This document shows, one piece after another, positions 1 through 13,719 of a DNA stretch of 64,000 nucleotides; the first letter of the stretch is position 1; every line of letters begins with the position of its first letter. The translations under genes were made by a program, and so were the position numbers. The notes beneath the pieces were generated by a model. The model had not been told where the DNA came from, did no database searches, and worked only from the letters and a program-made list of their open reading frames with translations. This stretch comes from Stegostoma tigrinum (lineage: Eukaryota): the NCBI RefSeq assembly GCF_030684315.1, contig NC_081356.1, forward strand, positions 59,566,835-59,630,834, written 5' to 3'.

Positions 1-850
1 TCCAGCTACTGTATTGATGATCTTGCTCCATCACAAGGTCAGTAGCAAGGGTGTTCACCAATAATTGCACAATGTTCAGCACCATTCATGATTCCTCAGA
101 TGTTGAAGCAGCCAATGCCCAAAGTGACAAGGCCTGGGCAATATCCCGTGACAAGTAACATTTGTGCCGTACAAATACCAGGCAACAACCATCTCCAAAA
201 AGAGAGAATCCACCATCACCTCTGAAAATTAAATGCTAGCACGATCCCTGAATCCCCCTCTATCAACAGCCTAAGGATTATCATTGACTATAAACTGAAT
301 GACTAACAAAATAAGTACAGAGGCTAAAAGAGCAGGTCAGAGGTTAGGAATGTTGTAGCTAGAAACTCTCCTCCTGATTTCCCAAAGTCTGTCCACTATC
401 AACAAGGTATAAATCAGGGTTGGGGGGCAGGTGGTGAATACTCCCACTCATCTGGATGAGTGCTGCTCCAACAACATGCAAGAAGCTTGACAATATCCAG
501 AACAAAGCAGCCTACTTGATTGGTACCACAGCCACGTTCACCCCTTTTACCACTGATATTCAGTAGCAGTAATGTGCACCATCTACAAGATATATTAGAA
601 GGACAAAGCAGCAAATACATGGAAACAACAACAACTTGTGAGTGTTCCTCCAAGTCATTCAGCTTCCGGGATGTTGGGCCAAAATCTTGGAACTACCTTC
701 CAAATGATGTTGTGAGTGTATCTACACCAAATAGACTGCAGCAGTTCAAGAAGACAGCTCACCATCAACTTCCCAGGGCAACTAGGGATGGACAATAAAT
801 GTTGGCCCAACCAGAGGTATGTACATTCAGTGAATGAATTAAAAATAAAT
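1..850 (+). mobile_element. Degenerate CR1/L2-group LINE 3' end
   Basis: Decayed RT C-terminal region, then a ...gggcaactagggatggacaataaatg...gaatgaatt tail shared with copies at 12380-12630 and 12960-13705. Confidence 0.75.
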
Positions 851-1394
851 TGCTGTTTCATCTTAAATGAGTGTTTCAGGCCCTGGATTGTGGGAAGGAA
901 AGCAGGTAAAATGGCAAGTATTGCACTTCCTATGTTAATGCAAGAAGATTCAGATGGAAAAAGAGACATCAGAACTATTCTTTAATCAAACAATGCTGGG
1001 ATTTTGCAACTTTATTCCTTATTTATTTAGAATCAGGACAACGCTGCTGTGGTAAGATAAGGCATAAGATTGTAATTTCCAGTTAACTGTTTATTAGCTT
1101 AATGGTAAAGAAAAGTTGCAACAAGACCCTTTTCATTCTGTTATTTTGAAAATGTTACTTCATCAAACAAACATTTCCCACCATAATTTTGCACAGATAT
1201 CTTTCAAAATCTATTGCTATTGCCTGAATAAATGAACATGCACTATGTGTGGTAGAATGATGGAATTTGGTTCTCCATTGAGCATGGAGAGATTAGTAAT
1301 TTCAAGCAAACATCATAAATAGTACTGAGCCAGATTTTCTATGCTTTTGTGATTAAGTCTTGAATAATTAAAATCTACTGAATTGCAAATTAAA

Positions 1395-1985
1395 AGCTTC
1401 CATTTATATCACACCTTTAGTAAATTCAGGTTTTACAGCCAATGAATTAAGTTGAAATGGGGCCACTGCTGATAGTCAACTGGCACACAACAAACTTTTC
1501 AGACATTGATTTAATAATGATAAAGTCATTGTAGCCTTACTGCTCTCTCATTAGAGAGAGATAACTAGTGGTGGTTTAAGCTGAACGTCATCAAACCTCA
1601 GATGAGGGAGAGGTTGAGATAAAAAAGTCTTTCAGGTAACCTTAGAGGGTGTGGGAATTAAACTCGCACCACTGGCATCACTCACCAGCCATCCAGCCAA
1701 TTGAGCTAACTAACCCCTCGATAGTCAGTTTTCAGTAATATTAATTGAAAGATAATTATCAGACAAGATATAAAGATGATACCTCCTCTCATCTTTCTCG
1801 CAATAGTGCCGTGGTATCCTTCACATCGACCAGAAAGAACTTACTGGAATTCTGTTTATCTGAAGGAAAATGTATACTTCCAAAAATGCTGTACTCACCC
1901 TACACCAAGTTATCATCCATGTACATTTTTGTGCTCATATTAGTGAATAGGACTTGGACCCATAAGACCAGAAAGTAGCTACTAA
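1395..1985 (-). mobile_element. Deu-domain (SacSINE1/AmnSINE-like) SINE, interrupted by another SINE
   Basis: L2-like tail (catttatatcacaccttt...ttttacagccaatgaa) and Deu-like core (aatagtgccgtggtatcctt). Related tails near 6980-7080 and 19930-20030. Recognised from memory. Confidence 0.5.
1535..1720 (-). mobile_element. tRNA-derived SINE
   Basis: ctgctctctcattagagagag...gggaattaaactc...ccagccaattgagctaac, i.e. reverse-complement B and A boxes. Second copy at 42405-42615. Confidence 0.65.
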
Positions 1986-3602
1986 ACCCAATTTGTGGTA
2001 GTACTATTAAATAACTACATCAATTCTTAAAGAATTTGTTAGTACTATGGAAAACAAAAACTTAATCTTTAAACAATGATAAATGGTAAAAAATTTAATT
2101 CATTCCAAGACTTTTTTTAACCAAATGAATACCATGCATTTTGTGCGCATTCAGAAGACAAATGGGTTGTCTAATGACATGAAAAATAATCTGTCCTTTG
2201 TTTCTGATGAGCTTTCACTAGAAGCAGCCCTCCAAAGCTCAGTCCTTTTAACTTAAAACATTGCTTTCTTCATAATTAAATGACAAAAAACCAGCTTTGC
2301 TCTTAACAATTACAATGCAGTGAATTTAATTTTAATGTGTCGTCATTGAAATATGTTTTATTCTACTTTATTATGTTGTCATTGATGTGTTTTTCATTAG
2401 CTTATTTTTTTTCTTGATTTTACTGAAATGCAGTAACTAGTTTCTTCACATGGCAAGTTCCACAAGGCAGAAACCCCACAAGATAAGCAACAATTAGATT
2501 CCAGGTAAAAGCAGTAATCTGTCCCATAAACTGATTGCGAACAGTAAATAAATTTGAAGTGATACCTAATCTACCAAATGTTTGTCCAAGTTGTTTAATC
2601 TAGACATACATTTGCCACAAATTACTTTCCAAATTTAGCTTGGATGTATGCACATAATTTAAAGACCTATCAGTAAAATGGGCCGGGGTCATTTTGTTGA
2701 GGCAATGCTTTTGCTTTTAATGGAAAGGGTTTTTTTTTAAGATGGTCATTCCTCTTTTCTCATAACTTTAAAAAGTTGCAATTGTCTTTTCTTTTCTCTT
2801 TCAGATCTGTCACATCACCAAGATATCTGCTTCTCTAAAAGATTATACCCCTCAACCTTAATCTTTACGCTGCTGTCACAGAAACCTAATTGTATTCCTT
2901 TAACACTTCAAGGCTTTTGAGACCCTTCTTTCTTGTCTCTCCATTTCCATCCTGGCAGGCTGATGTCCAATTGTAGGCAGTTTGAACAAATAATGAGAGA
3001 ACAAGATTCCATAGCCATCTCAACTTTCAATGACAGCAGAACCTGTAGGTCTGTGCAAAAGACAAGGTTGAAATATTTGCAATTGTCTTCAACCTAAGAA
3101 TTGAGGTGAGAGTGATAGCTCCTGACACCAAGGCAGTACTTGCCTGAGTGTGGCATAAAGTCTTTGTGACTCATATGTATACACATTTAATTTCTCCCAC
3201 TTTCACACAGGACTTTCAGTGGTAAATCAAGCTTTTGTTTAAGTTGTGATGAGTTAGAGTCAATCTTGACAAAATTGCCAGTGGTAATGCACTTACAAGA
3301 AGGTATTTCCAATAGACACAGCTGGAAGTTGGTCCATCTATAACTCCTCTCTTAGAACATACATCTGTCTCCATCTGGGTCATTTTTTATTCTAATTTAT
3401 AAATTCAAGGGTTGTGGATGTCACAAGCTAAACTAACATGCATCGCGCATCCAAATTTGCCCTTGAGGTGGTGGTGGTGAATCTGTTTCTATATGCTGGC
3501 CCATCTTCACTAGTGTTCTGCCAATTCATTTCACTCCTTGTGATATTAAGAAATGGCTATGACTATCCTGGTACAATAAAAGCTGTCAGTTCCATCATCC
3601 TG

Positions 3603-4860
3603 AGAGATGGTAAGAACTGCCGATGCTAGAGTCAGAGATAACACAGTATGGAGCTGGAGGAACACAGCAGGCCAGGCAGCATCAGAGGACTAGGAAAGTT
3701 GACATTTGGGTCAGGACACTTCTTCAAATATGGGGGAGGGGGAAGGGGGCTCCAAAATAAATAGAGATGAGGGGTGGGGCTAGGGAAGGTAAGTGGAATG
3801 GTGATAGGTGAGTGCAGGTAGGGAGTAGTGGGGATTAGTCAGTGAGGTTGGAGGAGCAAATAGGTAGGACAGAAAATGGACAGGTTGAGTCAGGTTGTGT
3901 CAAGTCAATGAGGCGGGGATGAGAGGGAGGGTTGGTCATGGGATGAGGCCAGGGGGTGGGGAGTTTTTGAAACTGGTAAAGCCCACATTTAGGCCATTGG
4001 ACTGTAGGCTCCCAAGGTGGAATATGAGATGCTGCGCTTCCAGTTTCTGGGTGGTGTCATTCTGATACCCGAGGTAGCCTAGGATGGACATGTCGCCCAA
4101 AGAGTGGGAGGGGGAGTAGAAATGGTTCGCGACTGGAAGGTGGTGTTGTTTGTCATGAGCAGAGTGCAGGTGCTCCACAAAGCTGTTTCTAAGCCTCTGC
4201 TCGACCTCACCGATATAGAGGAGGCCACGATGGGGAAGTGGATGCAGTAGACCACATTAGCGGGTGTGCAGGTGAACCTCTGTCTGATGTGAAAGGTTTA
4301 TTTGGTGCCTGGGAAGGGGGAGGTTTAGAGACAGGTGTAGCACTTCCTGCAGTTGCAGGGAAAGGTTCCGGGGGGGTGGTGGGGCTGGTGGGGAGTGTGG
4401 AGTGGACAAAGGAGTCATGGAGAGAGCAGTCCCTGCAAATATTTCAACCTTGACTTTTGCACAGATTGGGGAGGGGAGGGAAATATATCGTTGGTTGTGG
4501 AGTTGGATTGCAGGTGGCGGAAGTGATAGAGAATCATACATTGAACACAGAGGTGAGTGCGGTGATAGCATGAGGACAAGGGGAATTCTGTCTGTTTTTG
4601 TTGAGGTGAGGGAACGTGAGGGCAGTGGTGTAGGAAACTCAAGATATGCAGTTGAGAACATTTTTGACCACCAAAGGGTAGAAGTTGCAGTCATTGAAAT
4701 ATGAGGACATATGGGATGTGCGGGAGTGGTACGCCCCATCTTGGGAGCAGATGCGGCAGAGGCGGAGGAATTGGGAGTAGGGGATCGCATTCTTGCAGGA
4801 AGGTGTGTGAGAGGAAGTGTAGTCTAGGTAGCTGTGTAGCCCTGAAGGTGTTGTCCAGAA
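3603..4860 (-). mobile_element. 5'-truncated Penelope-like element (RT thumb, GIY-YIG end, pLTR)
   Basis: ORF fragments HSYLDYTSSH..CKNAIPYSQFLRLCRICS and HLPVANHF..HLIFHLGSLQSNGLN. pLTR at 3603-3730. Confidence 0.88.
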
Positions 4861-5389
4861 TGAACTCTTGAACACTTTGAATTTCTCTCACCTTCACATG
4901 GGATTTTCAGTGGTAAGTCAACCTTTTGTTGAAGTTGTGGTGAGTGAGAGTTATCCTTGGCAAAATTTCCAGTGATAACCTTAACAAAAATCTTTTCCAA
5001 TAGACATGACACTTCCCTTTCCTTCCTTCAGACTTCACAGGGATAGGATATCAAGCAATATCCACCACAAATTCACTGACTATGACAGTTACATCAAGTT
5101 GACTTCCTGACTGTCAGGCTTTCTGCAAGGACTCAATTCTGTTCTCCTTGTCCCCTTTTTCACACTTTCCCCCTGACCCTTGCCCCACCTCCCAGTTTAT
5201 GTATTCAAAGGGTTACCATCTATCATTTCTGCCACTTCCAGTATGATACCGTACTAATATATATATCCCTCCACTCTTTGCATTTGACAGGGACTTTTCC
5301 TCTGGCAGCACCACGATCTAAGCCTCTGTCATTCTTAACACAAATTTTACATCTTTCAGCCCAACTTGCTAACCTCCAATTCCATTACT

Positions 5390-5950
5390 TGAGACAAGGT
5401 TGAAAAATTTGCAGTCAATTTCTACCAGTAGTGCAGAGGAGAAGCTCCATCTTGGCCTAGTCCTTGGTCCCAGCATCAAAAATGTCAGATTTTAGCCAAT
5501 TTGATTCTTTCCTCATGATATTTAAGAAATGGCTCAAGCCCTGGATGCGACAAAAGCTATATACTGTTTCAAGGTTCCTGGACTGTTTCAAAGTTCCTGG
5601 TTTGAAGGTGTGCTCTAGAGCTGACCTCACTCCAGGCCCAATGTTACCACCCACCTGACAGCGTGGGAAAGTGCCCAGGCATACCCTGGCCTCAATAAAA
5701 AGGACGTATCCAACCCGACCAATTACTGTCCCATCACTTTACCCTCGATTGTAAGCAAAGTGATGCAAGGGTTCATTGATAGTCCTACCAAGCTACATTT
5801 ACATAGCAACAAACTGCTCACTGTGGCTGAATTTGTGTTGTCAGGTCCTGACCTCATTATCTTGGTTCAAGAATGGATAAAAGAACTCCAGATGTGAGGT
5901 GAGAGTCTCTGTGCCTGGCATCAAAGCAGCATTTGACTGAGTGTGGAATC
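5390..5950 (+). mobile_element. CR1-group LINE RT fragment
   Basis: Decayed NY.PI.L.SI.SKVM and ALDIKAAFD-like coding. Paralogous fragment at ~8030-8410. Confidence 0.7.
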
Positions 5951-6372
5951 AGCCTGTAGGACAAAATAGCCACCAATTATCACCATGTTTACATCAAATC
6001 ACCGTGGCAGCATCGATTACCTTGTAATTACAAATTATATGAACGCAAGAAAAATCAAAAATTATAATACTCCTTAGACTGACCCCAGTCAAACTTTTTT
6101 CACTCATTCAATAAAGCATTTTTTTCCTGATTTGAATTTTCCTGGTTTGTATTTAAATCCTATTGTCCTACTTTGTTGGTATACTTTGAAATCATAATTA
6201 TTCAACAGTTTGCTTCAAGAAAATATTTAGAAAAATCATTAGACACTTTGATGTTCACTAAATAAGCAACAATTGATATCTGGCTTATCTCCTGGCAGGA
6301 TATGAACTGATTTGATATTGGAATAGACTATTTGTTGTCTAGGTCTGTAACATCAGTTTTTGACTCAGGCTT

Positions 6373-6539
6373 AAACAGAAATTGCTGGAGAAACTCAGTA
6401 TTAGTGAAGAAAAAATCAGAGTTAACATTTCGGGTCCAGTGACCCTTCCTTAGAAGTATTCTGCCAGACCTGCTGAGTTTCTTCAGCAACTTTAGGTTTT
6501 GTCCCTGATTTACAGCATCTACAGTTCCTTTGGTTTTAA
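6373..6539. mobile_element. Short palindromic PLE pLTR derivative (family 2)
   Basis: Exact 14-bp TSD tttgactcaggctt (6359-6372, 6540-6553). Inverted arms and a decayed hammerhead core. Confidence 0.8.
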
Positions 6540-8789
6540 TTTGACTCAGGCTTGTTCTTAGTCAAAAGATTGTTCCCTCATCCCAATGCAGTCTCCACAT
6601 GTACTGCAACAAATGAATTTGCAGGTTATACATATCCTCAATTGCTCGTCTGGAGGAAGGACCACAAGTAGTGCACTTGTTGAACGAGGTTGATATCCAC
6701 CCAAAAACCCCAAACTCTGAGCAGAAAAAAACAGCGGCTGTTTTTGTCTGAGTATATTTAAATACCCTGTAAGGCCTCAATTTACTTAATGACAGTCTCG
6801 GGCTGGTTCATATTAATGCTTTACTGGGCAGCATCCAGGATCCATATCAAAGTAAAATGATATATCCCGATTTTATGAACATTGCAGCAGATAAAATTCT
6901 CTAGGCAAAAATATAGACTAAATGTATACATAAATATATATACACTTATACTATATCTATATAAATGTATGTATACATTTGCTATGTTTCAACACTGCCT
7001 GTATTTCAAAATACTTAATTGATTGTAAGGCACTTTGAAATGTCCTGAGTTCATGAAAGGTGCTATATAAATGCAAGCTTCTCATTTTTTATTACCTCTG
7101 AGTTCATGGCTTTGGTGTAAAGGCAAGATTACAGTCCAAATGCGTGTTGACTTTAATCAAGTTTTAAATGGCACATGCAATGGATCATCATGTGCAGAGA
7201 GAGCCTGCCACTTTGACTAGTGACCATGGTAACAGTTCGTTGCAGCCTTCCCTACTTTTCAGAAAGGATGCTTTATCACTGGTGGGTTTCAAAGAACAGG
7301 AGCCCATAATTCAGTGAGTTCTGTGTGTGGATTACAGACATGAGATATTTGAAAAATGAAGGAATCAAACAATATTATACAATTAAATGTGATATTATAA
7401 CATATGTCAAACAAAATAATCATGTTATGCCATAAAGTGCTCCACATTGCGGTACCTGATGATAGTAAGTTGTGATAAATCACGTACATTTAAACATAAA
7501 ACAGTAACATTGATTACAATACACATTCTTTATCTATTGAAATAAGGTAGCGTTGTACTTTAATATAAGAAAATAAAGAGTTCTTGTCAAAGAAAAAACT
7601 GTCAGAGCTTTATGTCATGCCCTCAATAGGACAGTTGCAAAACTATCAAATTTCATAGGGAATACCAATTCATACTCTTTTCAGAAAAGTGGTGCTGATT
7701 AGTTGAGAAGATCCGATTGGTCAAAATATCACCATGGAGAGTGTGCTAAGATCAATTATGCCCGGATCTATGATCAAAAAGACAGATCAACTCCAGTTGA
7801 GACACTGCAATGCTTTTATTCAATAAATGAGCCAATATCAGTTTCCTGATCTCACATAATAGGACACTGCAAATATATATGTGTGGCTTCCAGCAAGTGT
7901 AAGTATGACACATTGCAAGCCTGACTGTTAATCATAAATTGGTTGTTAGTGTGATTCCTGAATGTGCTGGATTCTTCAGTAAGTGCTGTCCAATCTCAGA
8001 ATTATGTCCAATGTTGGACACTGTGTTTTTGAGCTTTGATTAATTACCGCCCTGTCAATTTACTCTCAATTATTAGTAAAAGTGATGGTAGGTGTCATCA
8101 ACAGTGCTATCAAGCTACACCCGCTCAGCAATACCTTACTCCACGATGTCTAGTTTGGGTTCTGCCAGGGCCACTCAGATCCTGACCTCATTACAGCCTT
8201 TATTCAAGCACGGACAAAAGAACTGAATTCCAGAGGTGAGGTGAGAGTGACAACCCTTGACAGCAAGACTGCATTCAACTGAGTGTGGCATCGAAGAGCC
8301 TTGCAAAGCTGGAATCAATGGGAATCGGGGACAAATTATCTGCTAGTTGGAGTTATACGTGGCACATATGAAGATGGTTATGGTTGTTGGTGGTTGGTCA
8401 TCTCAGCGTTAGTAAATGAGCACATTCATGTGTTCGTATGGTACACAGTGAGAAATGATCTGATTGGGTAGACATTATGTCATAGGATAACTTTGATACT
8501 CCTTATATTGGCATCAGTCTTGCATGATGAGTAAACAGCTCAGAACCTAATTATGAGGATGCTTATAAGGCCACTGTCATAGCATAACAGTGCAGGTCTG
8601 TTTCTGGTAGAGAACCTGGTAGAGAAAAGGACAATCATTAGACTGCTCTGTTTCAAAGTTGAGTTTAAGCATTAAACAGAGTACATTAAAGTGTGCAAGG
8701 GAATTCTTACAGAGCTATAGTTTCAAATATAGCAAATATATCATCCTATATATTGGAAATATGCAAGGTGTAAGAGCTAGTAGTCACAT

Positions 8790-9170
8790 GGAAAGTGGTA
8801 ATGCTGATGGTCTAATAATCTAGAGGCCTAGCCTCATCCTTTGGGGCCCATGAACTCAAATTCCACCAATGCAACCGGTGGAAAATTAAACTCAATTCAT
8901 AAAATCAGAAAAATAGTCTACTGGTAAACATGAAACTATCATTGATTGTTATAAAATCTATCTGGTTCATGAATATGCTATAGGGAAGGAAATCCACCAT
9001 CCTTACCCTTCCAGGCAACATGTGACTCCAAATCCACAATAATATTGTTAACTCTTGACTGTCCTTTTGAATCCCTGGCGAGTCACTTAGTTTCAGGGCA
9101 TTTTGGGATTGGCAACAATTGCTGATATTGACAGTGATGCCCAAATCCCATGAAAGAATATAAAAAATCC
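8790..9170 (+). mobile_element. tRNA-derived SINE with LINE-shared 3' tail
   Basis: A/B-box-like head, agggaaggaaat..catgtgactcca core, and a tail like the LINE at 1-850. Confidence 0.7.
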
Positions 9171-9699
9171 ATACCGAATACATTTTTGTCATGAAAATTG
9201 ATAAAAAATATTGAGGCACCAGGCTTAGAAGTGATTCCATGGCAACACCATGTATCTGAAAATCTATGGTGTTGTTAAAGTTCATCTCAACTGTGTGAAT
9301 TGCTCAGTCCCCTAATTCAGTTAATGAAGATTCATATGGTGACAGTTCTAGATTGTCATGATACTGTGATGCGGTGCAAATGTTTAAGTCTTCCTTAAAT
9401 AGTATATTCAATAACAAAGATCAGAAACATGGTGTAGCTTGTTTAAGTCTTTGTGATGGTCAAAGAACCATTCACCATGAAAAAAGGAAACTCACTCAAA
9501 ACTGGTTGTACCAAGCCCATTTTTAGCCAATTGATAGTGTGCACGATCACTCAAAGGCAAATCGGGGATTAAAGGGACTGTATATGCACTCATAGAAGCA
9601 AGAAAACATGAGGACATTACAAAACATTTATTTTAAAGTTGTGCTCAAGCAGACCAATATTGGTGTCCAACATTAATTTTGTGCCCAGCATTTGGGAAC

Positions 9700-10020
9700 A
9701 CACAGTCTCATGGTATAATTGCTGGATTGGCAATCCAGAGACCCAGATATTGTTCTGGGGGCCTGGGTTTGAATCCTGTCAGGTGGCAGGTGGTGGAATT
9801 TGAATTAAAAAATGAACTGGTCTTAACAGTCTAATGATGACCATGAATCCATTGTCAATTGTTGGAAAAACCCATCAGGGAAGGAAACTGTCATCCTTAC
9901 TTGGACTGGCCTACACGTGAGTCCAGAACCACAGCAAATATGGTTGACTCTTAGGGATGGGCAACAAATGCTGGCCCAATGACTGGACACTCTCATCCTG
10001 TGAATGAATATGAATATGAA
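9700..10020 (+). mobile_element. tRNA-derived SINE, same family
   Basis: tggtataattgctggattg...gggtttgaatcc head with the same core and tail. Further copies at 11620-11935 (-), 40660-40940 (-), 43230-44520 (-, split), 59615-59830 (-) and 60140-60520. Confidence 0.7.
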
Positions 10021-12959
10021 AAAGATATTAGATCTGATTTCATAATTAGACAGTACTTAATGATCAATCCCGGGCATGCTAAGAATTACAGCACTAGCTA
10101 ATTTAAGATTATCAATCTGCTCACAATGCAGCTCAAATATGTTAGAAGTTACATATATTGATACACAAGGTACTGTCCTCGGAAAGGTGATGTCCAAGCA
10201 CTGTGCCTGTTTCAAAAATAACAGCATGAGATAACCTGTACATTCTCCATGGCAATGCTCAACCAATCAGAGTACTCTCCTCAAAAAATTAGAACTTCTC
10301 TTGTAAAGTATAAATAATTTTTCCTTTGAAATTTGGCATTCTTGCATCTGTCCTGATAAGTGCAAGATGAAAGCTTCCACAGCTTGTCTCTTTATTTCAG
10401 CAATATGTAAGTTTTGTACTAACACATGACTGTAAAGATTTATCTTGAAAAACATTTTTATGGCATTTTGTGCAAAATCTATAACTCCAGTACTGTTTTG
10501 ATGTCCAATGGCTATTTATTTGAAAATATGAATGTTTTATCATTTCCAATCTTTTTTATTTCATGTATGAAAACAGTATCATGCTGTGAAAATAAGTTGT
10601 AACTTCATGTTGAAATTTTAATGGTGATGATTTTACTAAGTTCTTTTGCAGGGATATTTGCTATATGAAAGCACCTGTCAGCCCAAACGGGAAGTACAGA
10701 GCCTGTTGTCAGTTAACCCACACAGCAATATTGACATTGTTATTTTTATGATCTATTCCACATGAGTAAAAGAAAACTAGTTAAAATTCAAAATTAAACT
10801 GGGTGCAGCATAGTCAGATCATTGTACAAATATTTATAGTTGTGTATGTTCTGGCATGTATTGTATTTGAAGTATCAGATTTGAACATGCAACAAAAATA
10901 TCACTGAACTAAATGTTTTTAAGTGTATTGACATAAGTACAATACTCAGTTGAAGAATAGTAGAATACACAATGCAGCATTGCAGTTTTTGGCTGATGTT
11001 TTAGAATATAGGAGTCAGCTATTTCAGTTGGCTAGCAGTTAATATGCACTATAGATTAATGCCAAAAATATAAGGTTCGATCCATGAGCTGTACGCTTGC
11101 TCAGGACTTGCCTACTCATGGGGAAAATCAGGCCTTATATCCATATTTCATTAAATGGTGGCCAAAGGCCTGTCTTTGGGCAGACAATTCCAAAAGCAGT
11201 AGAAGAAGATTAGGGATTTACATCATGAGCAAGAAACCTCAGCTATTAGTGATGCATGCAAGAGCATTTTGGGTGTGTTGCCCACAATTTCACATCCTCT
11301 GTAGTCCTCCTGCCTACTTTGAGAGAATGCTTCCAAAAGCAAGATGAGTGACAGAAAAGATGTCCTTGTTGCAAGAGTCTTATATCTACTGGTGTTCCTG
11401 GGCAGTAGTAGCCTGGGCTTTCCTATTCCGTCAGGGAAGGGAAGGTTACTTCAAAACTATTTTGCTAGTTCTCCTTGGCCTCCGACATATATTCCTGGTA
11501 AGATAGTCATTAGGGGCTTTCTACTCAAGAGTGGTTGAAAATTTCACCAGGGTGAATGTACATTTATTAATGAGATGGCTCCCAATGCATTAAAATTGCA
11601 CATTTGTCTTCGTCATTTGTGGATCGTGAGCAGCCAACATTTATTGCCCATCCTTAATTGCCCAGATGGCAGTAAAGAGTTAACTAAATAATTGTGGGTC
11701 TGGAGTCACACGTTGACCTGATAAGGATGGCTGATTTCCTTTTTTAAAGGACATTAGTGAACCAGATAAGTTTTTACAACAGACAACAATGGCCACCTTT
11801 AGGTTAGCACTTTTTCAAAATTTTTGTTGAATTGAAATTTAACCATCTGCCATGATGGAATTTGAATCAGTGCCCAGAAACATTAGCCTGGGATACTGAA
11901 TTATTAATCTGGATTATTACCACTATGGCACGACTTCCGCATTAGAAAGAACAGAGCGAGAAATGAAACCACACTATTTCCGCTTCCCTCACCCACTGAG
12001 GAGAGATAATCTCACCCTACCAGTCTGTGTCAGAAGTTTTCTTTAATCTCATCCAGTTAGGTTATAGCTAACCTGAAAGCCTGTGCCAGCCAACTCAATG
12101 TTGTTGTTAGACAGTAGTTTGTTTGTTGTGTTTGGCCTTTTCTGTGGCTATCTGTAAGTCTGTCAATGTCTCAGAATTTGCTGTTCCTTGCAAAATAATT
12201 ATAGTTTTAAAATATGACCACAAATTTATTGCGAGTCTTGCCATGATTTTTAGCCATTCAGAATTTCTGTCTGCTCAATGTCTAATTGATCATGTTTGAT
12301 TATGGGAAAACTTCCTCAACTGCCGCTGGTTTTAACATAAACTGAAGTCAAATGAAAAAACTGTTCATACCCTGAAACTCTACAGTTGAAATTCACCAAA
12401 AATCCTCAGACTGCACCTTCCAAACCTACAACCACCACTCCCATCAATAAGGACAAGGGTAGCAGATACATGGGAACACCACCACCTCCAAGTTTGCCTC
12501 CAAGTTACTCACCATCCTGAGCTGGAAATATATCACCATTTCTTCACTGTCACCACCTTCCCAAAGGCAACTGAGGACGGGCAATAAATACTGGCCAGCC
12601 AGCGACACCCTCATCCCACAGATGAATAAATAAGGTTGACTGAGTTCATTATGAGAATTAGATTGGTCATGAGGCTCATTCACAAAAAGTAGTAAGAATG
12701 TAATAATTCATTTTATTTACTTACTCTTCATTTCAATATCCCACATCCTGCAAGGCTAAATCTGAATAGATAACTGGACACATTACAGGGGTTCATTCTT
12801 TTAATATCTTTTCATGGATGATGTTGATCACTGAGTAATATCAGATAATTTCAGGCTGTATATGTTTCACTTTTAGATCATTTTATAACATCTAATAGAA
12901 GATGAGAAGAAATTTTGTCAAAGTGTTCTACATTATGAATGGTTACGAGAAAACAAATA

Positions 12960-13705
12960 ACCTCATGACACAGTGCCAGGCAATGACCAAGTCCAATAAG
13001 AGAGAATCCAACTATTACTCTTTCACACCCAATGGCATTACCATAGCTGAATTGTCCATGATCAACAACTGAAATCGATAAGGACTTTCATTACAAGCGC
13101 AGCAACATCGAGGCTAAGAATTCTATAGGAAGTAGCTCATCTCCTGTCTCCCATATTCTGTCTACTATCTAAAAGGTGCATGTCAGGAGTGTGATGGAAT
13201 ACTCCCCACTTGCTGCAATGAGTTTAGCTCCAGCAATATTCAACAAGTTTGATACCATCAAGGACAAAGTAGCTTGGTTAAGACCCCACCTAATGAATTC
13301 AACATTCATTCTCTTCACTCCCAATTAACAAGAAAAGCAGTGTGTACCATCAACAAGAATGAACTGCAGCACCTTATCAAATCTAATTTGGCAATACCTT
13401 TAAAACCCACCTCTTCAAACACCTAGAAGGGCAAGGGCAGCAGATACACGGGAGCACAAACCCTAAAGATTTCTCTGCCAAGCAACACACCATCCTGACT
13501 TGAAACTATGTTACTGTTCCTTTATTCTCACTTAGTCAAAAATCTTGAACTTCATTCCTTAAAACACCTAGGGTGTCCCTGCACACAACAGACTGCAGCA
13601 GTTCAAAATGGCAGCTCACTTTACTTTTTACAATATCATTAGGAATGGGTAATAAATGCTGACATTGCCAGATACAGCCACATCCCTGGAGTGAATAAAA
13701 ATAAG
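12960..13705 (+). mobile_element. CR1/L2-group LINE 3' end
   Basis: Colinear with 170-850. Confidence 0.75.
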
Positions 13706-13719
13706 TAAATTATATCTAG

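Noticed and set aside
2785-2862. Plus-strand acceptor-like tract (ttttcttttctctttcAG) as an exon of a neighbouring gene
   Set aside because: The following frame is short (ICHITKISASLKDYTPQP*) with no recognisable homology.
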